Assembly (NCBI RefSeq): GCF_006345805.1
Contig: NW_021837032.1
Location: 5,171-69,170, forward strand
Source of the DNA: Octopus sinensis
Taxonomy: Eukaryota
Length of the DNA: 64,000 bases
Direction: 5' to 3'
The translations under genes and the position numbers were made by a program. The notes under the pieces are model-generated. The model made no database searches. It was not told the origin of the DNA and worked only from the letters and a program-made list of their open reading frames with translations. Shown one piece after another: positions 1 to 11,764 of this stretch (the first letter of the stretch is position 1; the number at the start of each line of letters is the position of its first letter).

Positions 1-109
1 ACATGAAGACGGGCGAAATGCCGCTAAATCATTTTTGTCCGACGCACTAACTATTCTGCCACTTGTCGCCTAGGTGGAACCCTCAATGATAAAATAATTA
101 TAACAATAA

Positions 110-330
110 CAATAGCAATGATAGTGGTTTCAAATTTTGCCACAAGGGCAGCCGTTTTGGAGGAAGGCATAAGTTGATGAGATCGACTCCAGTGTTTCAC
201 TTGTACTTGATTTATCGACCCCGAAAGAATAAAAGATAAAGTCGACTTCGGCGGAATTTGAACTCAGAATGTAGCGATGGGCAAAATATTGCTAAGCGTT
301 TTGTCTGGTGCGCTAACGATTCTGCCACTT
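110..330 (-). mobile_element. tRNA-derived SINE family A, degenerate copy
   Basis: Matches the multi-copy consensus (gtcgactttgcctttcatcc, gagttcaaattccgcc B-box) seen more than 20 times in the window. Confidence 0.75.
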
Positions 331-360
331 GTCGCCTCGGTGGAACCTTTAATGATAAAA

Positions 361-631
361 TAATTATAACAATAAACAACGAGAATAGCAGTGATGATGA
401 TGGCAATATTATTAATAATAAAAACAACAATAATAACAACAATAATAACAATAATAATAACAACAATAATAACAACAATAATAACAACAATAATAACAGC
501 ATAATAATAACAACAATAACAACAACAACAACAATAACAGCAACAATAACAATAACAATAGCAATAACAATAACAATAACAATAATAATAATAATAATAA
601 TAAAAATAATAATAAAAATAATAATAATAAT

Positions 632-714
<83 letters not shown>

Positions 715-750
715 TAATAATAATGATGATGATAATAATAATAATAATAA
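361..750. repeat. Compound (TAA)n/(CAA)n microsatellite
   Basis: Direct reading; source of the poly-N/I/L ORFs at 212-803. Confidence 0.95.
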
Positions 751-1292
751 ATGCTCTGATGCAGTACCAGGCAGTGGCTCTCGTGGCTGCTGATCTTAAC
801 TGATTGGAAGTGTTATCATGTACATTGTTGTGTCTTGGTATTAAAGATGGGCTACAGCAAATATTCTGCTCAATACCACAGATTTGCTTGTCAGTTGTTT
901 GTCCTTAACCAGTTGACCATGTCCCTTAGTGGCGGATGATATGTACATCTCTGACCATGAGTAGAAGTAGTGGGGGAGCATCATAGCTATATGTTGAAAG
1001 GAATTCTTAGAGGTTTGGATAATTCACCGTTGGAAACAGGGGTTGTTAGTTCAACATCATTAAACAATCCTTATTCAGGGACCTTTTGAACGGGGTGGGC
1101 AACTCGACCTGAAGAAAATTCTAACTGGGCCCCACCTGCAAGGTCATTCGCTGTTTATCTTGATATGAGATCACAATGTCGCGCACATATGGTTGTGATG
1201 CATGTGCCTGGTGTACCCCAATAAGACGGGTAGTCATGATGGGTATGCTGGGCTTCGTATATTTTGATGGCCTGCACTGCTCTCTCACACAA
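751..1292 (+). mobile_element. Unclassified interspersed repeat ending in a (TAA/TGA)n tail; second copy at ~26535-26940
   Basis: The two copies align over ~400 bp (ttaaccagttgaccatgtcccttagtggc...gcactgctctctcac) and both end at an AAT-type array. Confidence 0.7.
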
Positions 1293-1303
1293 TGATGATG
1301 ATG

Positions 1304-1356
<53 letters not shown>

Positions 1357-1357
<1 letters not shown>

Positions 1358-4259
1358 TGCAGCCACAAAAGAAGCTGGATACTCACCCAAACCCGCCCAA
1401 ACAGGAGTACCACCACCCAAACAAACCCTGTGGATAAATAACATCCAAAGCAAAATAAAAAAAAAATTAGAAAAGACCTGTCGATTCTTAATGAAATCAG
1501 CAAACAATCAACGCTACTGAGCAACAAAAAGAGAACAAAAATACTCCGCAAATATAACATCACAGAGAAAGATTTGCCTGAAATAAAAGAAAAGCTGAAG
1601 CAAGATATCCTTGCCAAAGCACAAAGGATCCGCCCGGTACAAGAAACGCCAACGCTTCTGAAAAAAACAAAAAGTTCAACTCCAACCCCAAAAAGTTCTA
1701 CCAAGAACTGGGAAAAATAAAATAGAAGTCACTGCAGCACCAACGGCAGAAGAAGTGGAAGAATTCTGGGGAGAAATATGGTCGGCGAACGAACCACCAA
1801 AAAAAAGGAGTATCATCAGATAACAAACTCGGCATCTGAACAACTTTGGACCCCCCTAACAACTGAAGAGGTCCCAGGCACTGCAAAGACTAAGCAACTG
1901 GAAGGCACCTGGGCATGACAAGATCCCCAACTTCTGGTTGAAATATCTAACAGGAATGCACAAAAAGCTGGCTGAAAACTTTAACAACGTACTAGCAGAG
2001 CAAGAGACAATGCCTGAATGGCTCACGAAGGGGGAAAACCATCTTAATTCCAAATCAAATGAAACAGAAAAACCAGAAAAACTACAGACCAATAACCTGC
2101 CTCCCTACTATGTTCAAGGCATTTACTGCAGTGATATCACAAAGGCTGAACAAGCACCTGGACGAAAACAAACTGTTCCCAGAAGAGCAGAGAAAGGATG
2201 CCGCAAAGGCTCATATGGCTGTAAAGATCAACTAATGATTAATAAAGCCATAACTGACAGCCACAGAAAGAAGAAAGGCCTCAGTATGGCCTGGATTGAC
2301 TAAAAAAGGCGTTTGATAGCATCCCCCACACATGGATCCTCGAAACACTAGCCATTAACAAAGTAGTAGCACCAACAACAATAAAATTCATAGAGCACTC
2401 TATGAATAAATGGCAAACAGATCCTACACCTCCAAACAAAAGAGAGACTCATGAAAACCAAAGACATCCCCATTAGAAGAGGAATATTCCAGGGAGACAC
2501 GCTCTCTCCACTCCTTTTCGCTTGGCACTGTCACCTCTATCTGATATGCTAAATAGAACTGGATGCGGATATAAATGTTACGGCAAAACGATCAGCCACC
2601 TTTTATATATGGATGACCTAAAACTATACGCTGCAAATGACAAACAGCTGGAAACACTATTAAAGACAGTTCATGGATTTACCAAAGAAATAGATATGAA
2701 ATTTGGTTTAGAAAAATGCGCCAAAGTAACCCTGAAAAGAGGAAAACTAGTTAAGACTAAACAACATCACATAGATAAAACCAATGAAATAAAAGAATAG
2801 ACCAAAGCCAACTTACAAATACTTAGGAATCCATGAACTAGATAAGACACAAACACACAAATGAAAGAGAAAATAAAAAAAGAATATTATAGACGAGTTA
2901 GATCAATACTAAACACAGAGCTCAATGCTAAAAACAAGATAATAGGTATCAACACTTTAGCTGTCCCAGTTATAAGTTACAGCTACAATATCCTTAACTG
3001 GACACGAATGAACTGACCAAAATAGATAGGAAAACAAGAAAAATAATGACAGGATCTAGGATGCATCACCCAAAATCTGAATAGAAAGACTATATATACA
3101 ACGTATAGAAGGTGGTAGAGGCCTTATACAGCTGGAAAACTACTATAAAATAACCACCATAGGACTGCAAAAATATCTACTTCAGAAGGAAGGAAAACTG
3201 ATCCAGATAGCGGCAAAACACGAGCAAAACAAAAAACTGTTCTCAGTATTTAAGGAAGCTGACAAATACAAACAAGAAATCATACCACCTAATAAACATG
3301 AAGAAGAAGAAGAAGAATATGAAGAAACAACAAAAGCTATAAAACAAATGAAATCCAAACTAAAAATAGAACAGCAACGAACCATGATAAAACGATGGCA
3401 AGAAAAGCCCCTTCATGGTAAATACTGGACAACTAAACGCAAAAGAATAGACAAAGAAAAATCCCAGCAATGGTTGAGAAGCTCAGGACTCAAAGCAGAA
3501 ACAGAGGGATTTTTAATTGCAGCACAAGACCAAAGCCTCCTCACCAGAAATTACCAAAACATGTAATGAAAAGAAATATTACAAGTAACTGCAGAATATG
3601 TGGAGATGGACAAGAAACAATAAATCATATTATCTCTAGCTGCCCAGTCCTGGCTAAGAAGGAATATATTCACAGACATGACAGAGTTGGAACCTACATA
3701 CATTGGAAGCTATGCCAACATTATGGAATAACAACAGAAAAAAGATGGTATAGGCACACACCAGAAAAGGTCACAGAAAACGAGAAAGCAACCATACTCT
3801 GGGATATGCCGATACACACAGATAGAGAAATTAAGGCCAACAGACCAGATATAGTTGTCAGAGATCATGAAGAAAAAAAATGCTTCTAATTGATGTATCA
3901 ATACCGGCTGATGACAACGTGCCTCTAAAAGAAATGGAGAAAACTCTCAAAATACAAAGACCTGGAAATAGAGGTAACTAGAATGTGGAATCTGAAAACA
4001 GAAATAATTCCTATCATAGTAGGTGCATTAGGCATGATAAAAAAATATTCAGACAAATACATTACAAAAACACCAGGACTTACAAACACATAACATACAG
4101 AAAATTGCACTACTAGGCACTGCACACATCCTACGCAGAACACTTTCCATACAATAACCATCAGAGCATCACAACAAATCACAGCACATACCCAAGGCAC
4201 ACAGAGCTGTGCTCGGTAGTGAAGTGAAAGCACGCTATAAAATAAAACTACTGAATAAT
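1357..4259 (+). mobile_element. 5'-truncated, frameshifted R4/Dong-like non-LTR retrotransposon (RT + CCHC + REL endonuclease)
   Basis: ORF pieces show the RT motif HLLYMDDLKLYA (2522..2800), the knuckle CRICGDGQETINHIISSC and the REL motif KANRPDIVV..EKKCF (3470..3889). Flanked on both sides by (TAA)n. Confidence 0.92.
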
Positions 4260-4270
4260 GATATATATAA

Positions 4271-4326
<56 letters not shown>

Positions 4327-4332
4327 TAATAT

Positions 4333-4443
4333 GCCGAGTGTCTTCCCGACTCCTAGGGCAAGAAAACACATAGTATCTTTGCCGACTCCTAGGGCAAAGA
4401 TACTATGAGTTTCTTTGCCCTAGGAGTCGAGAAGACACTCGGC
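4333..4443. repeat. 111-bp near-perfect inverted repeat (51-bp arms, 9-nt loop)
   Basis: 4333-4383 is the reverse complement of 4393-4443 with about 3 mismatches. Confidence 0.9.
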
Positions 4444-4597
4444 AAGAAATGGAAGCAAATTTGAAAGAGAAAAACCCATAAATAATGATGATGATAATAA
4501 TAATAATAAAATAATAATAATAATAATAATAATGATATATTAATAAAAATAATAATAATAATTAATAAAAAAAAATAATAATAATAATATTAATAAA

Positions 4598-4638
<41 letters not shown>

Positions 4639-4774
4639 TAATAATAATAATAATAATATAATAATAATATAATATAATAATAATAATAATAATATTAATA
4701 AAATATAATAATAAATAATAATAATAATAATATAATAATAATAATAGTAATTATAAAAAATAATAATAATAATA

Positions 4775-5220
4775 ATAATAATCCTTTCTACAATAGGCAC
4801 AAGGTCAGCAATTTCGGGGGAGAGGCGATGAGTCGATTACATCGACCCCAGTACTCTACTGGTACTTATTTTATCAATCTCGAAAGGATGAAAGCAAAGT
4901 CGACCTCAGCATTTTTGTCCGGTGCGCTGACGATTCTGCCACAAGTCGCCTTGGTAGAACCTTTAATAATAAAATAACTTTAGCAACAACAACAATAACA
5001 ATAATTTCAAATTTTAGCACAAGGCCAGCAAGTTCAGAAGTAGGAGTAAGTTGATTATATCGACCCCAGTGCTCTAATGGCACTTATTTCATCGATCCCA
5101 AAACGATGAAACGCAAAGTCGACCTTGGATGTACTTGAACTCAGAACGTAAAGACGGATGAAATTACGCCAAGCATTTTGTCCGGCAGGCTAAAGATTCT
5201 GCCAGGGTTACCGCCTTGGG
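4775..5220 (-). mobile_element. SINE family A, two tandem degenerate copies
   Basis: Two repeats of cgaccccagt...gaaaggatgaaag(g)caaagtcgacct...gattctgcca. Confidence 0.75.
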
Positions 5221-5289
5221 GGGGGACCTGTAATAATAAAATAACAACAACAACAACAACGGCATGATCAACAATAACAACAATTGTGT

Positions 5290-5816
5290 TGTTGTATGTT
5301 GTGTTGTGACCCTCTTCGGTCATGAATGACCATGGGATTGCACCTCGGAAGTTACCCTCCCAGGCACAAGTCCGGGCAAGGTTGTTTATGGAAGACCAGC
5401 AGTCGCCCACGCCTACCAGCCTCCCCTCTCCATGTCACCGATGTTATTCAAGGGAAAGGCAAAGGCTGATACAGCTTGGCACCAGCGACGTCGCATCTCA
5501 TTTATTAACGTGCAAGTGGCTGAGTACTCCACAGACACGTGTACCCTTAACGTAGTGCTCGAGGAGATTCGGCGTGACACAGAGTGTGACAAGGCTGGGC
5601 CTTTGAAATACAGGTACAAGAGAAACAGGAAGAAAGAGTGAGAGAAAGTTGTGGTGAAAGAGTACAGTAGGGTTCACCACTACCCCTTGCCGGAGCCTCG
5701 TGGAGCTTTAGGTGCTTTCGCCTAATAAACCCTCACAATGCCCGGTCTGGGAATCGAAACCGCGATCCTACGACCGCGAGTCCGCTGCCTTAACTACTAG
5801 GCCATTGCGCCTCCAC
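5290..5816 (-). mobile_element. tRNA-derived SINE family C with long tail ending in (CAA)n
   Basis: Reverse complement of the head gtggaggcgcaatggcctagtagttaaggcagcggactcgcggtcgtaggatcgcggtttcgattccc (A/B boxes), plus the body shared with copies at 13225, 40270, 47310, 52787 and 57838. Confidence 0.85.
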
Positions 5817-5825
5817 AATAACCAC

Positions 5826-5907
5826 AAAACGATGACAATAATAATAATAATGATAATAATAATAATAATAATAATAAGAAGAAGAAGAGAGAAGAAAAAG
5901 AAGAGAA

Positions 5908-5938
<31 letters not shown>

Positions 5939-6040
5939 AAGAAGAAGAAGAAGAAGAAGAAGAAAAAAAATAAGAAGAAGAAGAAGAAGAAGAAGAAGAA
6001 CGATGACAACAATAATAATAACTATAATAATAATAATAGA
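5826..6040. repeat. (TAA)n-(GAA)n microsatellite
   Basis: Direct reading. Confidence 0.95.
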
Positions 6041-7659
6041 AATTAAAAAATTTATATCTAAAATAAAATAAATACATGAACTTTTTTTTATAAAATATAA
6101 AGATCAAATATCATGTTATGATATGAAATAAATATAAAATAAGTTAGACATCATACCATGATTATAAATAAATATGAAATAACTTAGGTAACATATCATG
6201 ATATAAAATAATATGAAAGCCATTTTATATCATGTCATGTGCGATCCAAGGCTGTCAAAAACAGCATCTATTCTCTTAGATTAATCATGAGTAAAAGCTG
6301 GTTGTGTAAAATAAATCGATCACAGGTTGGTGAGGAATATCACCTTCGTTTGAACCAGTTTATTTTTGTATAAAGCTGGGAAACGAATGAGAGGTTACGA
6401 TATCTCTGCGAGGCCTCCACGTCGGACGTTTTGTCCCTTAAAATCTTTCATTTTATTACTTTTCCAAAATATATATTATTATTTTTGTTTCATACAAAAT
6501 GAAGCAGGGTTATTATATATTGCTTTCAAATTTTAGCACAATTTTAGCACAATTTTAGCACAGGGCCAGCAATTTCAGGAGAAGAGGTTAGTCGATTATA
6601 TCAACCCCTGTACTTGGCTGGTACTTTATTTTACCGACCCCGTAAGTATGAAAGGCAAAGTCAACCTCGGCGGTATAAGAAATCAGAACGTAAAAAGCCG
6701 GAGGAAAATGCCGCTAAGCATTTTGGCCGACATGCTAACGATTCTACCGGTTCGCCACCTAGAGAAAGGTTATGATATATTAGACGAAGCAATCTCAGGA
6801 ACTGCAGATATATTTGTAAATGCTATCTCAGGGATTGATTTGCATAGATATTTGTAAATAGATAAGTTGCCATACTAGATATACAAGCTATGCCTATACA
6901 CAAACTGGCAACAAAACTACCATCTACGGCGTGATTCGATCACGTTTTGCATAGGATCCTTCTGAGAAGAAAAAGAAGAAAATAAATCAGCAACGAGCAG
7001 TTTGGATGGAAGAAACCCATCAAAATATAAATAGATAAAGCGCTATTTTTGTTTGTTCCAATAGAGCAAAGTTCTCATGTACGATACATTCAGAGTAATC
7101 TCTCCGCTTTAGTCAAATAGTTCTTGACGTCGTAATATCCATAGTCCTTTTTCAAGGCTATTTTTATAATTATTATTATTAATGATTTAAAACTAAATGA
7201 TATAATTCCTAAAATAGAATGTAAATAAAAAATTGGAAAAAAAAAATATTATCTTCAAAAATTTCTCAGCAAGTCTTACATTAATTTACAATATTGATTA
7301 AAACAGAGGTGAGATTAAACCATCTAAAACTAGAGCAAAGTATAAGATTCGTATCGAAATGTTAAAATTATAAAGGGAAGTAAATTTAGAGAACCTTGTC
7401 ACAATACAACACCACCTTTTGCAGGTGATGTTCAGTAGTATTACTAGAATTCAACCCTGTTTAGTTAATAGTCTTGTATTTCTTTGGGAGAGACGTCATA
7501 TTGTTTCGGCTTTTTTATTGCTTTTTGTTTGTTTCATTTTCACAAACATTTCTTAAAGGTTTTTACCTTCATCAAAGCAAGCTTATTCTCTGCAGAAATT
7601 TCTTTAATTTTTATCTGTTTTTGTTTGTTTTGTTTTTTTTTTGTTATTTTCCCCACAAT

Positions 7660-8085
7660 TTATTCAATTGTCTCTGTTTCTTTTTCTTTTTCTTCGTCTT
7701 TCACATTTTCCGTTTCTTTCTCATTTGTATATCTGTCTTCTTTCTTCTGCAGAATATTCTGGAGACAGTCTATGAGATCAATCAACTGATAATATTCGGC
7801 TTCGATAAGAAGTTCTTTGAGTGCAGTTTCGTTCGTCATTGGTAGGGTGCCTTCTTTCAAACCTCCGTCTCTCAAGTAGTTCAAGATGTATCGGAAATGG
7901 GTGCCATCGCGGTCGATGAAATAACTCCCGTCGTTTTCTGTTTTGAGAAGATGGCGTCCACTAAACATGGCTGCCAACATAGATGTCATGTCTTTTCTGA
8001 GAGTAAGCAACGACGTAGTAAACTGAATTCCACCGATATCTAGTTTTATCCGGTTGTCTTGGATTTTGTTCATTTCAGCCATACG
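7660..8085 (-). CDS. Coding exon 3: KCTD-type (T1-like) BTB/POZ domain plus acidic tail and stop
   Basis: Acceptor tatctttctttttag| at 8086, phase 0, joining ...RDELK to RMAEMNKIQ. LDIGGIQFTTSLLTLRK..SMLAAMFSGRH...DGSYFIDRDGTHFRYILNYLRDG...EAEYYQL matches the KCTD7/14-like BTB consensus. TAA stop at 7660-7662. Confidence 0.93.
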   Translation of the reverse strand, partial: RMAEMNKIQDNRIKLDIGGIQFTTSLLTLRKDMTSMLAAMFSGRHLLKTENDGSYFIDRDGTHFRYILNYLRDGGLKEGTLPMTNETALKELLIEAEYYQLIDLIDCLQNILQKKEDRYTNEKETENVKDEEKEKETETIE

Positions 8086-8385
8086 CTAAAAAGAAAGATA
8101 TTAAGAGAAATCACGAATATGAAATTGTATAGCTAAACAAATATTCATTAAAAGAGAAGCCATTATCACATCCCACCATAGCTTCCATACAATGAAATAA
8201 AAGTTCGATTGAACGAAAAATCCAGTTTAAAAAACCAGAAAACTATTCACTGATTTCTGAGCCCAACAACCTCAAACATATATACGTTTCTTTACTACCC
8301 ACAAGGGGCTAAACATAGAGGATACAAACAAGGACAGACTAACGGATTAAGTCGATTACATCGACCCCAGTGCGTAACTGGTACT

Positions 8386-8795
8386 CTTTACTCTTTACTC
8401 TTTTACTTGTTTCAGTCATTTGACTGCGGCCATGCTGGAGCACCGCCTTTAGTCGAGCAAATCGACACCAGGACTTATTCTTTGTAAGCCCAGTACTTAT
8501 TCTATCGGTCTCTTTTGCCGAACCGCTAAGTGACGGCGACGTAAACACACCAGCATCGGTTGTCAAGCGATGTTGGGGGGGGGGACAAACACAGACACAC
8601 AAACATACACACACACATACATATACATATATACGACGGGCTCCTTTCAGTTTCTGTCTACTAAATCCACTCACAAGGCTTTGGTCGGCCCGAGGTTATA
8701 GTAGAAGACACTTGTCCAACATGCCACGCAGTGGGACTGAACCGGGAACCATGTGGTTGGTAAGCAAGCTACTTACCATACAGCCACTCCTGCGC
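8386..8795 (-). mobile_element. SINE family B (tRNA head + CORE-like ccttgggcaagtg motif, internal microsatellite), nested in a SINE-A copy (8285-8385 / 8796-8950), in intron 2
   Basis: Full consensus from gcgcaggagtggctgtatggtaagtagc to the (gagtaaaa)n tail. The SINE-A sequence resumes on the far side. Confidence 0.88.
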
Positions 8796-9344
8796 CTATT
8801 TAAGTACCACTCCTGGTACTTAATTTATCGACCCCGAAAGGATGAAAGGCAAAGTCGACCTCGGCGGAATTTGAACTCAGAACGTAACGGCAGACGAAAT
8901 ACGGCTACGCATTTCGTCCGGCGTGCTAACGATTCTGCCAGCTCGCCTCCTCAAACATATATAGACACAACTACTTCTCTGACTGCACATTTTATTTTAA
9001 ACAATTTATCTATATATTTATAAATATACTTGTCTAAATAAACTTATCTATATATTCATAAATGAGTACATTTCTTTTGACTAGTCACCAATGGTCGCAA
9101 GTCACATACAGATCCCTACCATTGTACGAGAGTACGAATAGTATTTATTTAATTGCATAGATCACAAAGGATGAAGAGTTAAAGTTAACCTTAGCTGTAT
9201 TTTGGACTAAAATTTCAGAAGGATGGAATCAAATAATGTGTCCCATATATTTTAAAAATCTAATCTCAACCAGGATCCACATGACCCTTAAGAATTCATA
9301 TAAAATTTTGTTGTTGAAATTTATCTGGAATAAATAGGCAATGC

Positions 9345-9520
9345 TTTTACAATGCACGAATTATTTTAACAATTTTTAATATAATTTTAATGATATTTAA
9401 CTTTAGAAATATTCTACACGAAATATTTTAACATTTTTAATACAATTTTAATATATAATTTTTAAAATATTATACACGAGATATTTTAACAATTTTTAAT
9501 ACAATTTTAATCACACGAAA
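9345..9520. repeat. AT-rich minisatellite, ~60-bp unit x3 (cacga..tattttaacaatttttaatacaattttaat)
   Basis: Repeated cacga anchors near 9355, 9416, 9475 and 9514. Confidence 0.65.
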
Positions 9521-10275
9521 TTACAACTTCATTGCTTTTAATGGATTCCACTCTATCGGTAACAGCCCCACCAGTCCTTCGTTCAAAGGGTAAGTTACCC
9601 TTTTCTTCCCACTAGACTCAAACGATCGTAGTTGCTACCTTTCTTCTCTGACGACGCCATTAAAAATATTACCATTTATCTTTTACTCTTTACTGGTTTC
9701 AGTCATCAAACTGCAGCCATGCTGGATAATAATGACTATTTCTAGCATAAACACGACTCCAAACATATTGAGAGGTGACAATGTAAATTTTATCGAGTCC
9801 AGTACTTCACTGGTTCTTTATTTTTAGTAAGTCTGGAAAACTTTTCAGGAAGGGAGATAACCAGATATCAAAAAGTATTGAATCCATTGATCAACGGTTT
9901 CAGGCATCATACTTAATATGAAATGTTGGTGGTTACCGAGAAAGTCTATACTCAACTATGACCCATGCTGACAACTTACTGTAGAGCAGTGGTTTTCGAA
10001 TTCACATTTTATACCTAGATTTATAACGTGACCCACTAATTGGGTGGCGAAGGCAAATACAGTGGCACAGGACAATTAGATTAGCAACAAGGAAAGATAA
10101 TATGGTAATATATGTAGAAATGCGTTTGTGTGTGTGTGTGAGAGGTATATATATATATATTATATATATATATAAGATATATATATATAAGATATATATA
10201 TATATATATACGTATATATATTATATATATATATAGTATATAAGAATATATATATATATGATATATATATATATA

Positions 10276-10317
<42 letters not shown>

Positions 10318-10545
10318 CACGTATATATATATATATATATACGTATATATATATATATATATGCATATATATATACATACATATACATACATATGCATAG
10401 ATACATTTAAACATCTATGTGTGCGCGAGCGTGTGTGTGTGCGTGCATATGTATATGCGCGCGTACGTCCGTGGTGTGCGCATGCGCGCGTGCATGTTTG
10501 TGTGTGTCTGTATGTATGTGTGTGCGCGCGTGCTTTCACACTTAC

Positions 10546-11686
10546 TTTTAATTCGTCACGGAATCTCTCCTGTTCTTCTTCGAATTCCTTTTTGTTCTTC
10601 TCAAATTCTTCGATTTTTTGCTTCAAAGACTCTTCCTTATTCTCAACCTTTTCAGCGAATGTCTTCTCAATACATTTCTGATAAGATTCAAAGTCTTGCA
10701 TTTTCTTCTTCAGTGCCATTTCATCTTTGCTTAATTCCTCTTCTTTTTCGGTGACCTTATCCATCCTCATCTCGACGCTGGTTTCTCGTTCGGTCACCAA
10801 TCTCTCTCTGTCGCGCAACTGGTTCTCCCGAATGTCCACATAATCTTTGGCCCGTTGCACAAACGCGCTGAAATTCAAATGAAGCTTCTCCATAAAGTCT
10901 TTGCCAAGATTATCGATCTGGTCATGTATATCGATCTCCCACGTGCTCGTAACATCTTCGAAAATGCAGTGCTGATAGAGAGGGCCCGAGGGTTGAGTGT
11001 CAATGGTTTCGGTTCCTTCCGGGTTATTCTGCCAAACGTTATCGCCATTGGAGATCTCCATAGCGATAATGGGACGGGTGAAGTCAGAATCAATTTCAAG
11101 ACATTTACCAATAGATTTATCTCTGAAGAAAAGAGTCTGCCACTCGCTGTCGCAGTCGGCTTTTGCCCACAGTCTGGTTTTCTGGGTGGAAGGAATCATG
11201 TACAGTTCTCGAATCTTCCATTCTATATGGCCAACTTTCTCCATTTTGCTGAAACGCATGATCTGAAAATCTTCAATTAGGGCGTTGCACAACATGACTT
11301 TGAATGAATTCTGGTTGTGTTCCAGATCAGGAGCGCGACTGTAGTTGTAGACGACCAGCTTCATTGGCTTGTGACCTTCGGCCACGCCGTACCATTGGAC
11401 TAACATTCGCCAGGCGTCCTCGTGCACTACATCAACGGTGTGGGCGTAGTCACGGCGCGTGAAAATCGGTCCGGGTTGCACGCGCTGCTGGTGGTAGAAC
11501 TTGCGGGTCTGCATGCCGAGGAATCGTTTCAACTGTTCCAGCCATTCGGCGATGATGATGTACCAGAACTCGCCCTCCACGAAACGCCGCTCGAAAAACT
11601 GTTCCAAAATTGTACGTTGGGTGACTGCATCTGGTATATTGGCCACTGGACTGGACGCCACCGTACTGCAGCTCATACTGGCCAAG
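10546..11686 (-). CDS. Coding exon 2: DUSP domain (~11637-11347), UBL domain (~11310-11032), coiled coil (~10854-10546)
   Basis: Polypyrimidine acceptor tttgtctttttccag| at 11687 and donor AAA|GTAAGT at 10545. The translation carries USP4/11/15 DUSP-UBL motifs (TQR, GEFWYII, W..QLKRFLG, PGPI, W..LVQWY...EG..P, RFSK, IRELY.IP....TRLW, E..N.D..W), then an E/K/R-rich heptad region. Confidence 0.93.
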
Positions 11687-11764
11687 CTGGAAAAAGACAA
11701 AAAAAAAAGTAGAATTAAAAAAAAAAGAAATATGTCAATTACAATAATAACAATAATAGTAAAA

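Noticed and set aside
7660-8085. Voltage-gated K+ channel call from the T1-like domain
   Set aside because: No transmembrane or pore segments follow and a stop comes ~35 aa after the domain; the motif set fits a KCTD BTB.
10081-10545. C-terminal 155 aa of the 567-aa ORF
   Set aside because: Read-through past the GTAAGT donor into CA/TA intronic repeats.
10546-11686. USP15/USP4 orthologue call
   Set aside because: No catalytic Cys/His boxes in the window and the exon splices in frame to BTB, so no gene symbol was assigned.
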